The notes beneath the pieces are model-generated. The model ran no database searches, was not told the origin of the DNA, and saw only the letters and a list, made by a program, of their open reading frames with translations. The position numbers and the translations under genes were made by a program. DNA of 64,000 nucleotides from an uncultured Candidatus Saccharibacteria bacterium (GTDB taxonomy: Bacteria; Patescibacteriota; Minisyncoccia; Phycocordibacterales; JACOZG01): assembly GCA_964648765.1 (NCBI GenBank), contig CAZYLF010000002.1, forward strand, positions 68,579-132,578, written 5' to 3'. Shown in pieces: positions 1-8,839 of the stretch. Numbering within the stretch: position 1 is the first letter of the stretch; every line of letters starts with the position of its first letter.

Positions 1-186
1 GAGAAGGGAGCCAAAGTGGAAAGCGCTGTGGCAATGGTGGTGACCAGGGAGTGCGTCATGATGTCGAAGCCCGACCTGGTGATTGACCGGCCGTTCGTGC
101 TGTGGATCCGTCGCCCCGGTTTGAGCCAACCATTCTTTGTGGGTTATTTTACAAAGGAAACCTGGAAAAAGCCGGAAAGTCTGTAG
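1..186 (+). CDS. Serpin (serine protease inhibitor), C-terminal fragment; 5' end lies outside the window
   Basis: Frame-1 translation ...EKGAKVESAVAMVV...LVIDRPFVLWIRRPGLSQPFFVGYFTKE*. It matches the serpin C-terminal signature (x-x-[DN]-[RK]-P-F-[LV]-[LF]-x-I). An RCL hinge-like E-x-G-x-x-x-A-A motif lies upstream. Stop TAG at 184-186. Confidence 0.5.
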   Translation, partial: EKGAKVESAVAMVVTRECVMMSKPDLVIDRPFVLWIRRPGLSQPFFVGYFTKETWKKPESL

Positions 187-220
187 ACGACTTTCCCTGG
201 AAGAAATAAATATCGAATCA

Positions 221-255
221 GCCCCCGACACTTTGTCGGGGGCTTCTTTTTGTTT
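221..255 (+). terminator. Rho-independent terminator after the serpin gene
   Basis: Hairpin gcccccgaca-cttt-gtcgggggc followed by ttctttttgttt. Confidence 0.6.
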
Positions 256-333
256 ATACGGTTGTGAATTTTACTATTGAATAAAAACTTGACATTATTA
301 TCATAATCTACTAAAATATAAACAGTTCGATAT

Positions 334-723
334 TTGAGATCTTGGGCCATTCTATGGAGAAAAAACATGTGGATGCAGATCTTATGGGTCGTTGTGGTCA
401 TCGCGATAATGGTCGGCTTGTTTATGTTAGTTCAAGGATTACACACTTTTCCTTTTAACAGACCGCCATTTCAAACTTTACGAAGAATAGGCTTTTGGAC
501 GATGGTATTTATGCCGTTATTCCTCAATATAGCTCTAGCCTTATTAGCAAGCGTAAAAATCACCAACATATGGGCCTTCTACATTGGGGCTCTTTGGTCA
601 GTAGCATGGATCTGTAGGCTCATTTTCATACTAATATCTGATTACATAGAAGTAATAAACTGGCGAAAAAAAATGGCCCGTTATAAAGCAGAAGCAGAAC
701 AAAAGAGAAAAACTGTCTCTTAA
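334..723 (+). CDS. Small hypothetical membrane protein, 3-4 predicted TM helices
   Basis: ORF of 129 aa, hydrophobic segments, own terminator at 737-770. No recognisable family. Confidence 0.4.
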   Translation: MRSWAILWRKNMWMQILWVVVVIAIMVGLFMLVQGLHTFPFNRPPFQTLRRIGFWTMVFMPLFLNIALALLASVKITNIWAFYIGALWSVAWICRLIFILISDYIEVINWRKKMARYKAEAEQKRKTVS

Positions 724-736
724 GCAACTATTTAGT

Positions 737-770
737 GCCCCCGACACCGCGTCGGGGGTTTTGTTTTTTT
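737..770 (+). terminator. Rho-independent terminator
   Basis: Hairpin gcccccgacac-cgc-gtcggggg followed by ttttgttttttt. The stem is nearly identical to the one at 221-243. Confidence 0.6.
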
Positions 771-835
771 AATAAAACGTGATAGTAATTAGTTAGGTTA
801 GTGAGTTTTTTTGAATCTTTTAAGGGAGGAAAACG

Positions 836-1165
836 GTGGCAAGTTACAGTCAAACTAAGGGTGATCATTACAATACCAACTGTCCGCATTGTGGTAAAAA
901 CAATTCCTATGTAACCCAGGGCGTAGCCGTAATATGTGGTGAAGTGAAGAGATTTCAAAAATCTTGCTTTTATTGTCGGCAGACCATTTTCTACCACGCT
1001 TCACATGAGATTATGGTGACGGCGTATGCAGTAGATCCTTTGCCAAATTCCGAGGGAGTTCAGAGGCTCCCATCATGCCCCAACTGCAATGCCCCTGATT
1101 ACAATGGTCTAGCTTGCTTGCACTGCGGCAGTAATCCTAAAATTGGACAAACAAAAGCAAACTGA
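836..1165 (+). CDS. Double zinc-ribbon protein with four CxxC pairs
   Basis: CPHCGKN...CFYCRQ...CPNCNAP...CLHCGSN. RBS GGGAGGAAAACGG before the GTG/ATG start. Confidence 0.5.
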   Translation: MASYSQTKGDHYNTNCPHCGKNNSYVTQGVAVICGEVKRFQKSCFYCRQTIFYHASHEIMVTAYAVDPLPNSEGVQRLPSCPNCNAPDYNGLACLHCGSNPKIGQTKAN

Positions 1166-1190
1166 AGAAACTCTTAAATAATTCCTGATT

Positions 1191-1222
1191 CACCCCCAGC
1201 ATTACGTTGGGGGTATTTTTTT
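1191..1222 (+). terminator. Rho-independent terminator
   Basis: Hairpin cccccagc-attac-gttggggg followed by tattttttt. Confidence 0.6.
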
Positions 1223-1254
1223 ATAAAAAAAGCCAGGGGTATACACACCCTGGC
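1223..1254 (-). terminator. Rho-independent terminator for the minus-strand speE-like operon, back-to-back with the plus terminator
   Basis: Minus strand reads gccagggtgtgtatacccctggc followed by ttttttt. Confidence 0.55.
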
Positions 1255-1276
1255 TAGTTGTTCCAAACTTTACTTT

Positions 1277-2959
1277 CTAATCGATTTGCCAACCCTGTTT
1301 GGTATAGAGTTGGAGTAGAACCGGATTCATCAAGGAATTAACTTCAGAGGATGCGGACGTTAAACGGTCACGGCCAAACTTTGTCCCAGACCTAAATACA
1401 TCCCCTGTGAGATAACGTGTCTCCACCAAACACTCAAAATGAGATGCTCGATGCAAAACCACTAATTGATCCTCAGGTCGAGTGAACAAAATCCATCCCC
1501 AGTCCCCAAATGACGGAACGTTATCGTGGTAAGGCAAGGTAGCCCAACCAGCCGCCTCCATTGTCCTTTGGATACAGAGGAACGCCTCCTTCGCATGGTA
1601 AGGCGATGTAGCTTGCGCCACAATCACCCCGCCCGGAGCTAAGCGCGCCCGGATCTTGAGGTAGAACTCTCGGCTATAAAGCTTTGCGAGTTCAATTGAG
1701 TTTGGATCAGGGAAGTCGATGATAATTACATCCCACTCCCCTCCCACTTCCTCCACAAAACGATCGGCATCGACGTTGTAAATCTGAACCTGGGTTAAAC
1801 GCTCCACTTTGGGTTTACCGTCGAGTCCAAATTCCTCCGTCTCATGCCAAACTATCCGAGCTGGCCCAGACTCCACCGCCTTAGGTTCATACACCTGAAC
1901 GCGGGCATCATCAAAAGCACCCTTATTCAGTTTCCGCAAAAGCGGATTCTCTTTGGCCAATTGAGTCATTCCTGGATCTAAATCAACCAAAGTCACCTCC
2001 TCAACATCAGGATACTTCAGCACCTCACGAAGCGCCAGACCATCACCTCCACCCAAAATGAGTACTGAGGAATGATTCTGGGAAACGGTCATCACAGGAT
2101 GCACTAATTGCTCGTGATAGACCGCCTCATCAACACTCGAAAACTGAAGATTACCATTTATAAACAATCGATAATCATCGAGTTTTTTGCCGTGAGTCAT
2201 AATGAGACGTTGGTATTTGGTTTGCTCAGCCAAAACAATCGGTTGATCGTAGAGTCGTTGTTCGAGTTTAGTGCTCCACACACGATTGTATTGATAGCCA
2301 ACCACAAGTAACACAGCACACAAAACAATCATGGCTCCGATCGATTTGCTCCGCCGCAAGTCACCACGACAAAGAAAAAATATGTAAGCAAGTATTGTGA
2401 TCACAATGATCGTACCCGCCACAATAAATCCAATCTCCGTCAGTGGAAATTTTGGCAAAAACCAGAACACCCAAATCATCGCGCCCACAAATGCACCGGC
2501 GTAATCCAGACTCAGGATATTGGCCAAGTTAATCCGCAACTCCGAAACGTAACGCGCACTAATGCGTGTCACGAGTGGAATCTCAAGACCAACCAAGAAG
2601 CCAATCGCCACCATAAATCCATACAGCACCAAAGAAAAATGATGCTCCAATAAACCGAAGGCGGCGTACGACGCAATCGGCGCAAAGCCGATCAAGAGCG
2701 CAACCACGATCTCAATAAGAAGAAACTGATCAATTAATCGATCCTCCCGTTTGAGAAACTTCTGCGCCCAAGCACCCACGCCCATCATGAACATCATCAC
2801 AGCAATTGTGATCGACATCTGCTCGATCGAGTTGCCTAAGATATATGTGGCCACCGCGCCAAGAATATACTCAGCAACTAAGCCACTACCACCAGTGATA
2901 AACATACACAAACCCAGCAGAAAGGCTGCCCGTCGGAACTTCCACTTGTTTTCTACCAT
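1277..2959 (-). CDS. speE: Polyamine aminopropyltransferase (spermidine synthase) fused to an N-terminal polytopic membrane domain
   Basis: C-terminal half carries LILGGGDGLALREVLKYPDVEEVTLVDLDPGM, the SpeE GGGDG SAM-binding core. N-terminal ~200 aa has multiple hydrophobic helices. Same architecture as mycobacterial membrane SpeE. Confidence 0.8.
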   Translation of the reverse strand: MVENKWKFRRAAFLLGLCMFITGGSGLVAEYILGAVATYILGNSIEQMSITIAVMMFMMGVGAWAQKFLKREDRLIDQFLLIEIVVALLIGFAPIASYAAFGLLEHHFSLVLYGFMVAIGFLVGLEIPLVTRISARYVSELRINLANILSLDYAGAFVGAMIWVFWFLPKFPLTEIGFIVAGTIIVITILAYIFFLCRGDLRRSKSIGAMIVLCAVLLVVGYQYNRVWSTKLEQRLYDQPIVLAEQTKYQRLIMTHGKKLDDYRLFINGNLQFSSVDEAVYHEQLVHPVMTVSQNHSSVLILGGGDGLALREVLKYPDVEEVTLVDLDPGMTQLAKENPLLRKLNKGAFDDARVQVYEPKAVESGPARIVWHETEEFGLDGKPKVERLTQVQIYNVDADRFVEEVGGEWDVIIIDFPDPNSIELAKLYSREFYLKIRARLAPGGVIVAQATSPYHAKEAFLCIQRTMEAAGWATLPYHDNVPSFGDWGWILFTRPEDQLVVLHRASHFECLVETRYLTGDVFRSGTKFGRDRLTSASSEVNSLMNPVLLQLYTKQGWQID

Positions 2960-3115
2960 CTTTCGGTCTCCTATTTAGGTTAACTTTTGGTCAAAATTCA
3001 CAAAGAACACCGCTATATTAATAGCATACTTCAATGAAAAAGTCAACAAAAAGGCCCTTCGACACGAAGTCGAAGGGCCAGGTAAAACGAAAGACCAAAT
3101 TCTAGCTTAATGCGG

Positions 3116-3967
3116 CTAGAGAACGCCGGCAGCCACAATAATTGCCACCACTATCATCGGTGCCACCAAAAGAAGAGCCGAAGCCGCATTCTTCTGTGTA
3201 ACCACTGCTCCACTCAGGGTTGTAGTTGGGAGGAAAAAATGATCCGCCAACCAAGTACACGCCCAAAGCAAAACAGCACCCACTCCTGCATACAAGCTAA
3301 ACGACATAATGTCTGCCGTCCAACCAGTGAATGGTCCAGTCAGACTGGCGCCGAGGATAATCCCCATACTCACCAGAAATCCACCGAAGACCACTCCCGC
3401 AGCTTGGTTTCCGTGACCCACCTGAAAGGCAGGATCAAAACCGAAACCATAAGAAGCCAAAGCGCTGATGATAACCAGCAACGCTTGACCAATAGCAAAG
3501 AACACAATCGCGCTACCCAACCCCCCACCATCTCCAGAAAAGGATCCGGCGGCGATCAATCCGGTAGCCACGTAACTACCCATCTCCACAATGCCGACTG
3601 CGATGTTATTCTCCTGCACCGCCTTGTTATTGTCGACACTATGCAAAATCAAATGGTCATTGATGTACGAGGAAATGGTCAAGAGTCCAATTACAATCAG
3701 ACCCTCAATGAACATATTCTGCACATCAAGCCAAAAGCTTTGCGACGCTCCACTCAAGGGGCCAGTTAGAGCAAAACCTAGACCCACAAGGAGTCCAACT
3801 TGCCGCAAACTGACCGCCATATTGCCCTTGTCTTCAATTTCCATTCGGTCATCGAATGGGGTCATTGCATCAGCCACCTTCTTCATCAGAAGAAGTTGTC
3901 CGAATGCAATCCCCAGCAAGACTACCGAACCCGAGATATGACCCAAATGAGTTGTCACAAAATCCAT
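3116..3967 (-). CDS. Membrane protein with repeated DUF350-like modules
   Basis: Internal repeat FDDRMEIEDKGNMAVSLRQVGLLVGLGFALTGPLSG versus DNNKAVQENNIAVGIVEMGSYVATGLIAAGSFSG, resembling the YjfL/DUF350 N-[IV]-A-V-G motif. Highly hydrophobic. Confidence 0.45.
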   Translation of the reverse strand: MDFVTTHLGHISGSVVLLGIAFGQLLLMKKVADAMTPFDDRMEIEDKGNMAVSLRQVGLLVGLGFALTGPLSGASQSFWLDVQNMFIEGLIVIGLLTISSYINDHLILHSVDNNKAVQENNIAVGIVEMGSYVATGLIAAGSFSGDGGGLGSAIVFFAIGQALLVIISALASYGFGFDPAFQVGHGNQAAGVVFGGFLVSMGIILGASLTGPFTGWTADIMSFSLYAGVGAVLLWACTWLADHFFLPTTTLSGAVVTQKNAASALLLVAPMIVVAIIVAAGVL

Positions 3968-4013
3968 TTGCTCAATCCTCCTTTTTTGAATTCTTCCTCA
4001 GTTTTGATAGCGA

Positions 4014-5666
4014 CTACTTGCCGCCACCACCAGGGCCACCACCACGACGGGCGGGTCCCGAACCACGAACAGAAGAGTCTGCTCTGCGGCCATTTGTCCC
4101 ACTACTCCCGGCCGTTTTCACTTCCCGGGCAACCTCTTTAAAGCCGCCCTGAGAAGCAAATTTACCCTGATTATATCGCCGAGATGAACGCACCGCACCG
4201 CTTGCGGTGCCGTAACGATTCTCCTCTCCGTCCCTTTCTCCGTAGTAATTTTTTGACCGGCCGCGATAATTGCTGTTCCAGTCATCCCACTCACTACGTC
4301 GGTAATAATGCGGCTGTCCGTCACCCAAGAGCATAGACATGAACCTATACTGTCCATACCATTCCCAAAAGCTATTGCCAGTCGCATCTTGTTTCCACGT
4401 GCCGTAACGTGCGTTACCCACTTGAGCCATCCCGGGAGGCGATGCTTCCTTAACTGCTTCGCTTTCGAAGCTGCCATAAGGCTTGGAGAGCAAAGCCATC
4501 CCAAGATTACCCCAATGACTGTCAAAGGTTCCAGCTGAAACTTCTTCCCAGTCACCTTCACTTTCTTTTTCATTTTTAATGAAAGTGTACTTGTGAAAAT
4601 ATTTTGGGGAAGTATCAACCAGATAGTATTCGGCATCGCCATGACTCGAGGATGGCCAATTTTCCTTTGGCTCAATCCCGAGAACATTCCACTTACCTTG
4701 ATCTATCTTAGTTGACAGGCCGCCCCAACCTCCGTAGCTGGCCACCAAACCGTCATCGGCCAGATCATCAAAGAAGTCAAAGACCTCCTCGCTAACCTGT
4801 CGCGGCTTGTAGTCATACTCCTTCTCAGTCGACCAGTCGGAACTCTCATCCCAACTAGTTCGACCAACAGTCACAAAGTAATCAGCGCGCATGTCGGCCA
4901 AAACTTTTGAATAGTCCTGGTACAGCTCACCAATTCCTTTTTCATACTCCGACGCTTGCTCACTGATAGTCGACGTTGCCGCCGCCACCAACTTGCAATT
5001 GTCTGCAAGCAACAACCAATCGGCATTTTTGCCTTTGGCCAGCTCGGCTTTAACGGTCGCTAAAGCCGTTGTGGCATCGCGACCTGTTTTTTGCACTGGG
5101 CTAAAGCGCTTCAAGATCTCATCCTTCTTGGGTTCATGATCCTTAAGCGCAGCCTCATGCTTAGTGAGAGACGTTTTAAGCCTCTCACTAATTTGCCTTA
5201 ACTCCTCCTCAGCTTTGGCTGCCCATTTGTCAGCACTGGCCTTAGCCTCAGAAATCAAAGCTACCCGCTCCCTAGGAACCTTGGCTTTGGTTGTCGCCTC
5301 CTTAATAGAGAGCTCAACTTGATCCAATTTTCCCTTCAACTTGGCGACATCATCACTATCATTGTTCTTGATGATTGCCGCCACGTCTTGATCAAAGATT
5401 TGACGTCCATGCTTGATCGCTTGATCAGCTTCAGCCAAAGTCCCCGACCACTTTTCTCGCTCGTCATAACGCTTGAGCTCAGCATAGTCTCCCGAAGCCA
5501 CCAGGGTTTTGTAACTCTGATTAGCATCATTGACCGCCGTCGTCGCTCTCGCCAAACTGTCTCCCACCAACTTCGCCTTCTCTTTGTCGGCTTTGGACAA
5601 GCCGCAGCCACCAAGAGAGAAAATGAGGAGAATCAGCGGCAATACCTGAAATTTCAATCGATTCAC
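4014..5666 (-). CDS. Lipoprotein, coiled-coil plus Trp/Tyr-rich domain, Gly/Arg-rich C-terminus
   Basis: Signal peptide with lipobox LIFSLGG-C. Long helical region rich in K/E/A. C-terminus ...RRGGGPGGGGK. Confidence 0.5.
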   Translation of the reverse strand: MNRLKFQVLPLILLIFSLGGCGLSKADKEKAKLVGDSLARATTAVNDANQSYKTLVASGDYAELKRYDEREKWSGTLAEADQAIKHGRQIFDQDVAAIIKNNDSDDVAKLKGKLDQVELSIKEATTKAKVPRERVALISEAKASADKWAAKAEEELRQISERLKTSLTKHEAALKDHEPKKDEILKRFSPVQKTGRDATTALATVKAELAKGKNADWLLLADNCKLVAAATSTISEQASEYEKGIGELYQDYSKVLADMRADYFVTVGRTSWDESSDWSTEKEYDYKPRQVSEEVFDFFDDLADDGLVASYGGWGGLSTKIDQGKWNVLGIEPKENWPSSSHGDAEYYLVDTSPKYFHKYTFIKNEKESEGDWEEVSAGTFDSHWGNLGMALLSKPYGSFESEAVKEASPPGMAQVGNARYGTWKQDATGNSFWEWYGQYRFMSMLLGDGQPHYYRRSEWDDWNSNYRGRSKNYYGERDGEENRYGTASGAVRSSRRYNQGKFASQGGFKEVAREVKTAGSSGTNGRRADSSVRGSGPARRGGGPGGGGK

Positions 5667-5671
5667 CTTTT

Positions 5672-6241
5672 CTAACTCCTTTCCGTTATTACTGTTGTTT
5701 CAGTGAAAACAATCGTGTTTTCATTTGGGTAAGAGTGAGCAGTTCTTGCGAACGCACCTCCACCTTGACGTGGACCAACATAAATCAATGTTTGAGGTAT
5801 CCACGGATCTTCCGACTTCTTAGGGAAGTCGTGACTCAAACCAATTTCACGAACAGAGTTCTTCGCGATCCCAATATCCAGTTGCAATTGCCCCAGTTTA
5901 TCAAGAGCCGAATCACCTGTTCTAACTTCGGAATCGAAGTTATAGGTTAGTCCACCCAAATCAAACTTCACCTGATCACGCGGAAGTGATTTAGCAACCA
6001 GCAATGGACGACCGCTAGTTGCTACATCCATGCAAGCAAACACTTCATTAAGAGCTTCGCCATCTGTGGTCGTAAAACGCAACACATGACTAGCCCCAAT
6101 GATTGCCGCTTGCACAAAGATCCCTCCACACCAACGTTCACGGACTTCGAGCAGATTAAACTGATCGAAATTCAGCGAGTCTTTACAAACCGTTAGGCGG
6201 AGTTCAACTGCAGATTGGTCGACATATACTGGTTCGCTCAT
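5672..6241 (-). CDS. Hypothetical protein in the speE-linked operon
   Basis: 189 aa ORF; 5-nt gaps to both neighbours. Confidence 0.45.
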   Translation of the reverse strand: MSEPVYVDQSAVELRLTVCKDSLNFDQFNLLEVRERWCGGIFVQAAIIGASHVLRFTTTDGEALNEVFACMDVATSGRPLLVAKSLPRDQVKFDLGGLTYNFDSEVRTGDSALDKLGQLQLDIGIAKNSVREIGLSHDFPKKSEDPWIPQTLIYVGPRQGGGAFARTAHSYPNENTIVFTETTVITERS

Positions 6242-6245
6242 ATCA

Positions 6246-6878
6246 CTATTTCTCCTCGTCGCCTGTAGCGATCACCTCAATTGACCGAACCGGTAGGCTA
6301 ACCGAAAGCCATGCCTCATAAGAATCTTCTTCACCCTCTTGCCACTCCTCAATGGTAAGATTTTCACCATCGCTTGCGGCAAACTCGTAGAAGTAGACCT
6401 TAATGGGCTTAGCATCAGCACTGCGCTTATACACCGCAGGCCAATCATCATCGTATTCGTAGACTTTCCGGTTCACCTTCAGTTCTTCACCAGCTTCACA
6501 GTACTCATCCAAATCCTCGGTGTCGACGGCGTTGCCATCTTCATCGATGATTTGGGTAGTTTTGACCTTACTTACGCTACGCCAGACCGTGACTTCATCA
6601 TCACGATCCCACTCAACGTAAATTGTCTCGCCAGTCAGAACATTAAACAGTGCCAGTTCAGTGGAAACAAAACTGAGCTTCTTCTTGAAGCTGTCATCCG
6701 TCTCCTGATATGTACTGACCTCTGTTACTTGGTACACCTGGCCAGAAAAGCGAATAAATCCGCCCTTCTTAACCGAGGTGATGTCGAAATTCGAACGCTC
6801 TGCTCGAGCAATCGGTTTCGTTAATGTCCGGATTGAACCAAATTGTCGATCCAGACGAGCTTTCGCTGTCACGTTCAT
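6246..6878 (-). CDS. Acidic hypothetical protein, possibly DUF4178-like
   Basis: 210 aa, D/E-rich C-terminal half. Its operon position is analogous to the small soluble proteins of mycobacterial speE clusters. The family assignment is from memory only. Confidence 0.4.
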   Translation of the reverse strand: MNVTAKARLDRQFGSIRTLTKPIARAERSNFDITSVKKGGFIRFSGQVYQVTEVSTYQETDDSFKKKLSFVSTELALFNVLTGETIYVEWDRDDEVTVWRSVSKVKTTQIIDEDGNAVDTEDLDEYCEAGEELKVNRKVYEYDDDWPAVYKRSADAKPIKVYFYEFAASDGENLTIEEWQEGEEDSYEAWLSVSLPVRSIEVIATGDEEK

Positions 6879-6930
6879 CAGAGCTCTCCTTTCTTTTCAA
6901 GATTTTAACTTGAAATGAGAAGTTTGATTT

Positions 6931-8088
6931 TTAAGAAGCAGCCGGCAACAACGCCGCTGCTTCGGGTTGATCTAGCGCTCCATATTGCGCCTTCACTTCC
7001 GGTTCCATTGCTCGGCTAAGTTCAGCCAATTTGGCTGAAACTTCCCGGGCTTGGGTCGTTCCCATCCTGATGGTATTTTCAACAGTACCGATGGTATTCA
7101 TCAGACTAGTGTGCGACTCTTCCAACTTGTCCAATGCAATCACTGGATTGTTGTAGAGGTCGCCGATTTCCACCGCCTGCGTTTCGAGCGCTTTCGCGTT
7201 TTCAACCATCATTGTTCCAAGAGTACCTTGGAACTCCTTGAGAGCATGTGCCACCCTTCTTTGGGTAGACAGAGCTTTATGAATGCGCAGACCATTCTGA
7301 AGAACACTTGGTCCTATCATAAGGGCGCTCTGCACTTGTTCATCGAGTAAGTTATTGGTCCGGAGTGCTTGCGTAATGGTAAGAGCAAACTGATTGTTTG
7401 CCTGTTCCATAGTACGCAAATCGCGAATGCGACGAGCCACCCGATCCAATTTACTGTCAAGCATTTTGATCTCAGTTTGGTCCGTTTCCGCCACCTTAAG
7501 AGCGCTCAAACGTTCCCAAACTAGCTCACCGACGTAAATCCACTTTTTGACTTCCAACTGACCGGAGTCAAGATCTTGGAATTGCTGGTGCATACCGATG
7601 GTTTGCTCCAACAACTGATCCTTTCCCGACCGTAAGCCGTCCAAAATAGTGGTAACATTGGTTTGCTCCGACTGCCAACGACCAGCAAAACGCCGGACGA
7701 TATGACGTCGAACCTTTGCCCCAAGCGGCAAATAACGAAACCACCAAGAATTGGTCAGGGAGTGGGGATTTAACTCCTCCATTACCGACCGAAGCTCAAG
7801 TAGCTTACTTGCCACAGGTGACTCTTCACCCTCAAAACTGCTTAAGAGCGACTGAGTACCGGCTCCAACTCGACGATTTACTTCTTCCATCTTTGTGATA
7901 GCTGAATGTCCAAACTTCCTCATAATATTGGAAACCTGGAATTCATCAGCTGCCCCGCCGATTTCGGTGGAAATAACCTCGGCATCCTGCCGAAGTGTAA
8001 TCTCCTTGGCATCATCAACGCCACGAGGACGCTTTGCAGCAATCACGGTGATTGCTTGGCTTTGCACATCATTGGGCATTTCACTCAT
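6931..8088 (-). CDS. All-helical protein, tentatively TelA/YaaN-like (toxic anion resistance family)
   Basis: 385 aa, the same size as TelA/YaaN. Predicted coiled-coil throughout. Preceded by an XpaC-like small TM protein, as in B. subtilis xpaC-yaaN. No diagnostic motif confirmed. Confidence 0.35.
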   Translation of the reverse strand: MSEMPNDVQSQAITVIAAKRPRGVDDAKEITLRQDAEVISTEIGGAADEFQVSNIMRKFGHSAITKMEEVNRRVGAGTQSLLSSFEGEESPVASKLLELRSVMEELNPHSLTNSWWFRYLPLGAKVRRHIVRRFAGRWQSEQTNVTTILDGLRSGKDQLLEQTIGMHQQFQDLDSGQLEVKKWIYVGELVWERLSALKVAETDQTEIKMLDSKLDRVARRIRDLRTMEQANNQFALTITQALRTNNLLDEQVQSALMIGPSVLQNGLRIHKALSTQRRVAHALKEFQGTLGTMMVENAKALETQAVEIGDLYNNPVIALDKLEESHTSLMNTIGTVENTIRMGTTQAREVSAKLAELSRAMEPEVKAQYGALDQPEAAALLPAAS

Positions 8089-8133
8089 TGTTTTTTCTCC
8101 TGTTTTAGACTTGTTCGCCTAGTTCACAATAAT

Positions 8134-8667
8134 TCAGACCGACAGAAATCGTGCCTTCATAAAGGCCGCTGCCGTATCAAATTCAGCCACCTGATCGCGT
8201 TCGACCAGGCCAGCAATCCGACCAAGCTCATTATCTAAGACATTAAGTGTTTCCAGCACCTCACTTTCCTTTGCTCGCTGATTTGCCAAAGGCAAATTAA
8301 GGAAAGGGTAGACGGTCTTTTCTGGCAAATAAACCCTGGCCAACTGATTTGCTGTCCAGGTTAGATCTTTACCAGCAAAGCGGCTGTTGAGTACTGGCAA
8401 CATCTCACGCAGTCGATCAATTACTGTTTCAACTACGCGGATGATATCTTGACTCAGACCAGCCTCTCGCACAGATAAATTTAAACGCGCCAGACCATCC
8501 AGCAATGGAGTCGGATCCTCTTGTGAGGCCGTCTCCCGTTTCGGGGAAACTTCCCCCACTGGGCCAGAGGTCGAACGTTTGAGCGGGGGCTTTGACCCCT
8601 TGATCGCCTGTCCAACCACATACACAATAACCCCAACAACAGCTAAACCAACAATCACTCCAACCAT
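8134..8667 (-). CDS. Small membrane-anchored protein, XpaC-like by position; first gene of the operon
   Basis: N-terminal TM MVGVIVGLAVVGVIVYVVG followed by a soluble domain. Confidence 0.35.
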   Translation of the reverse strand: MVGVIVGLAVVGVIVYVVGQAIKGSKPPLKRSTSGPVGEVSPKRETASQEDPTPLLDGLARLNLSVREAGLSQDIIRVVETVIDRLREMLPVLNSRFAGKDLTWTANQLARVYLPEKTVYPFLNLPLANQRAKESEVLETLNVLDNELGRIAGLVERDQVAEFDTAAAFMKARFLSV

Positions 8668-8786
8668 TTTTTTCTCCTTTCAAGAGAATTAGATTTTACT
8701 ACTTTTGTCTATTAAATTGACAAGGAACTGCCAGACGAACCTAGCATACTTATCATGTTTTGTCAACATTTTAGGCCTATTTTACG

Positions 8787-8814
8787 AAGAAAAAACCCGC
8801 ACTTGATGTGCGGG
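8787..8814 (-). terminator. Rho-independent terminator of the K+ channel gene
   Basis: Minus strand reads cccgcacatcaagtgcggg followed by tttttt. Confidence 0.6.
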
Positions 8815-8839
8815 TCGAAATAACCATATTATTAGCCAC

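Noticed and set aside
3110-4152. Several plus-strand ORFs (219, 116, 113 and 98 aa) rich in His/Gln/Arg/Pro
   Set aside because: They are antisense to the DUF350-like gene and the lipoprotein gene. Their low-complexity composition reflects the GC-rich coding strand opposite, and they are not independent genes.
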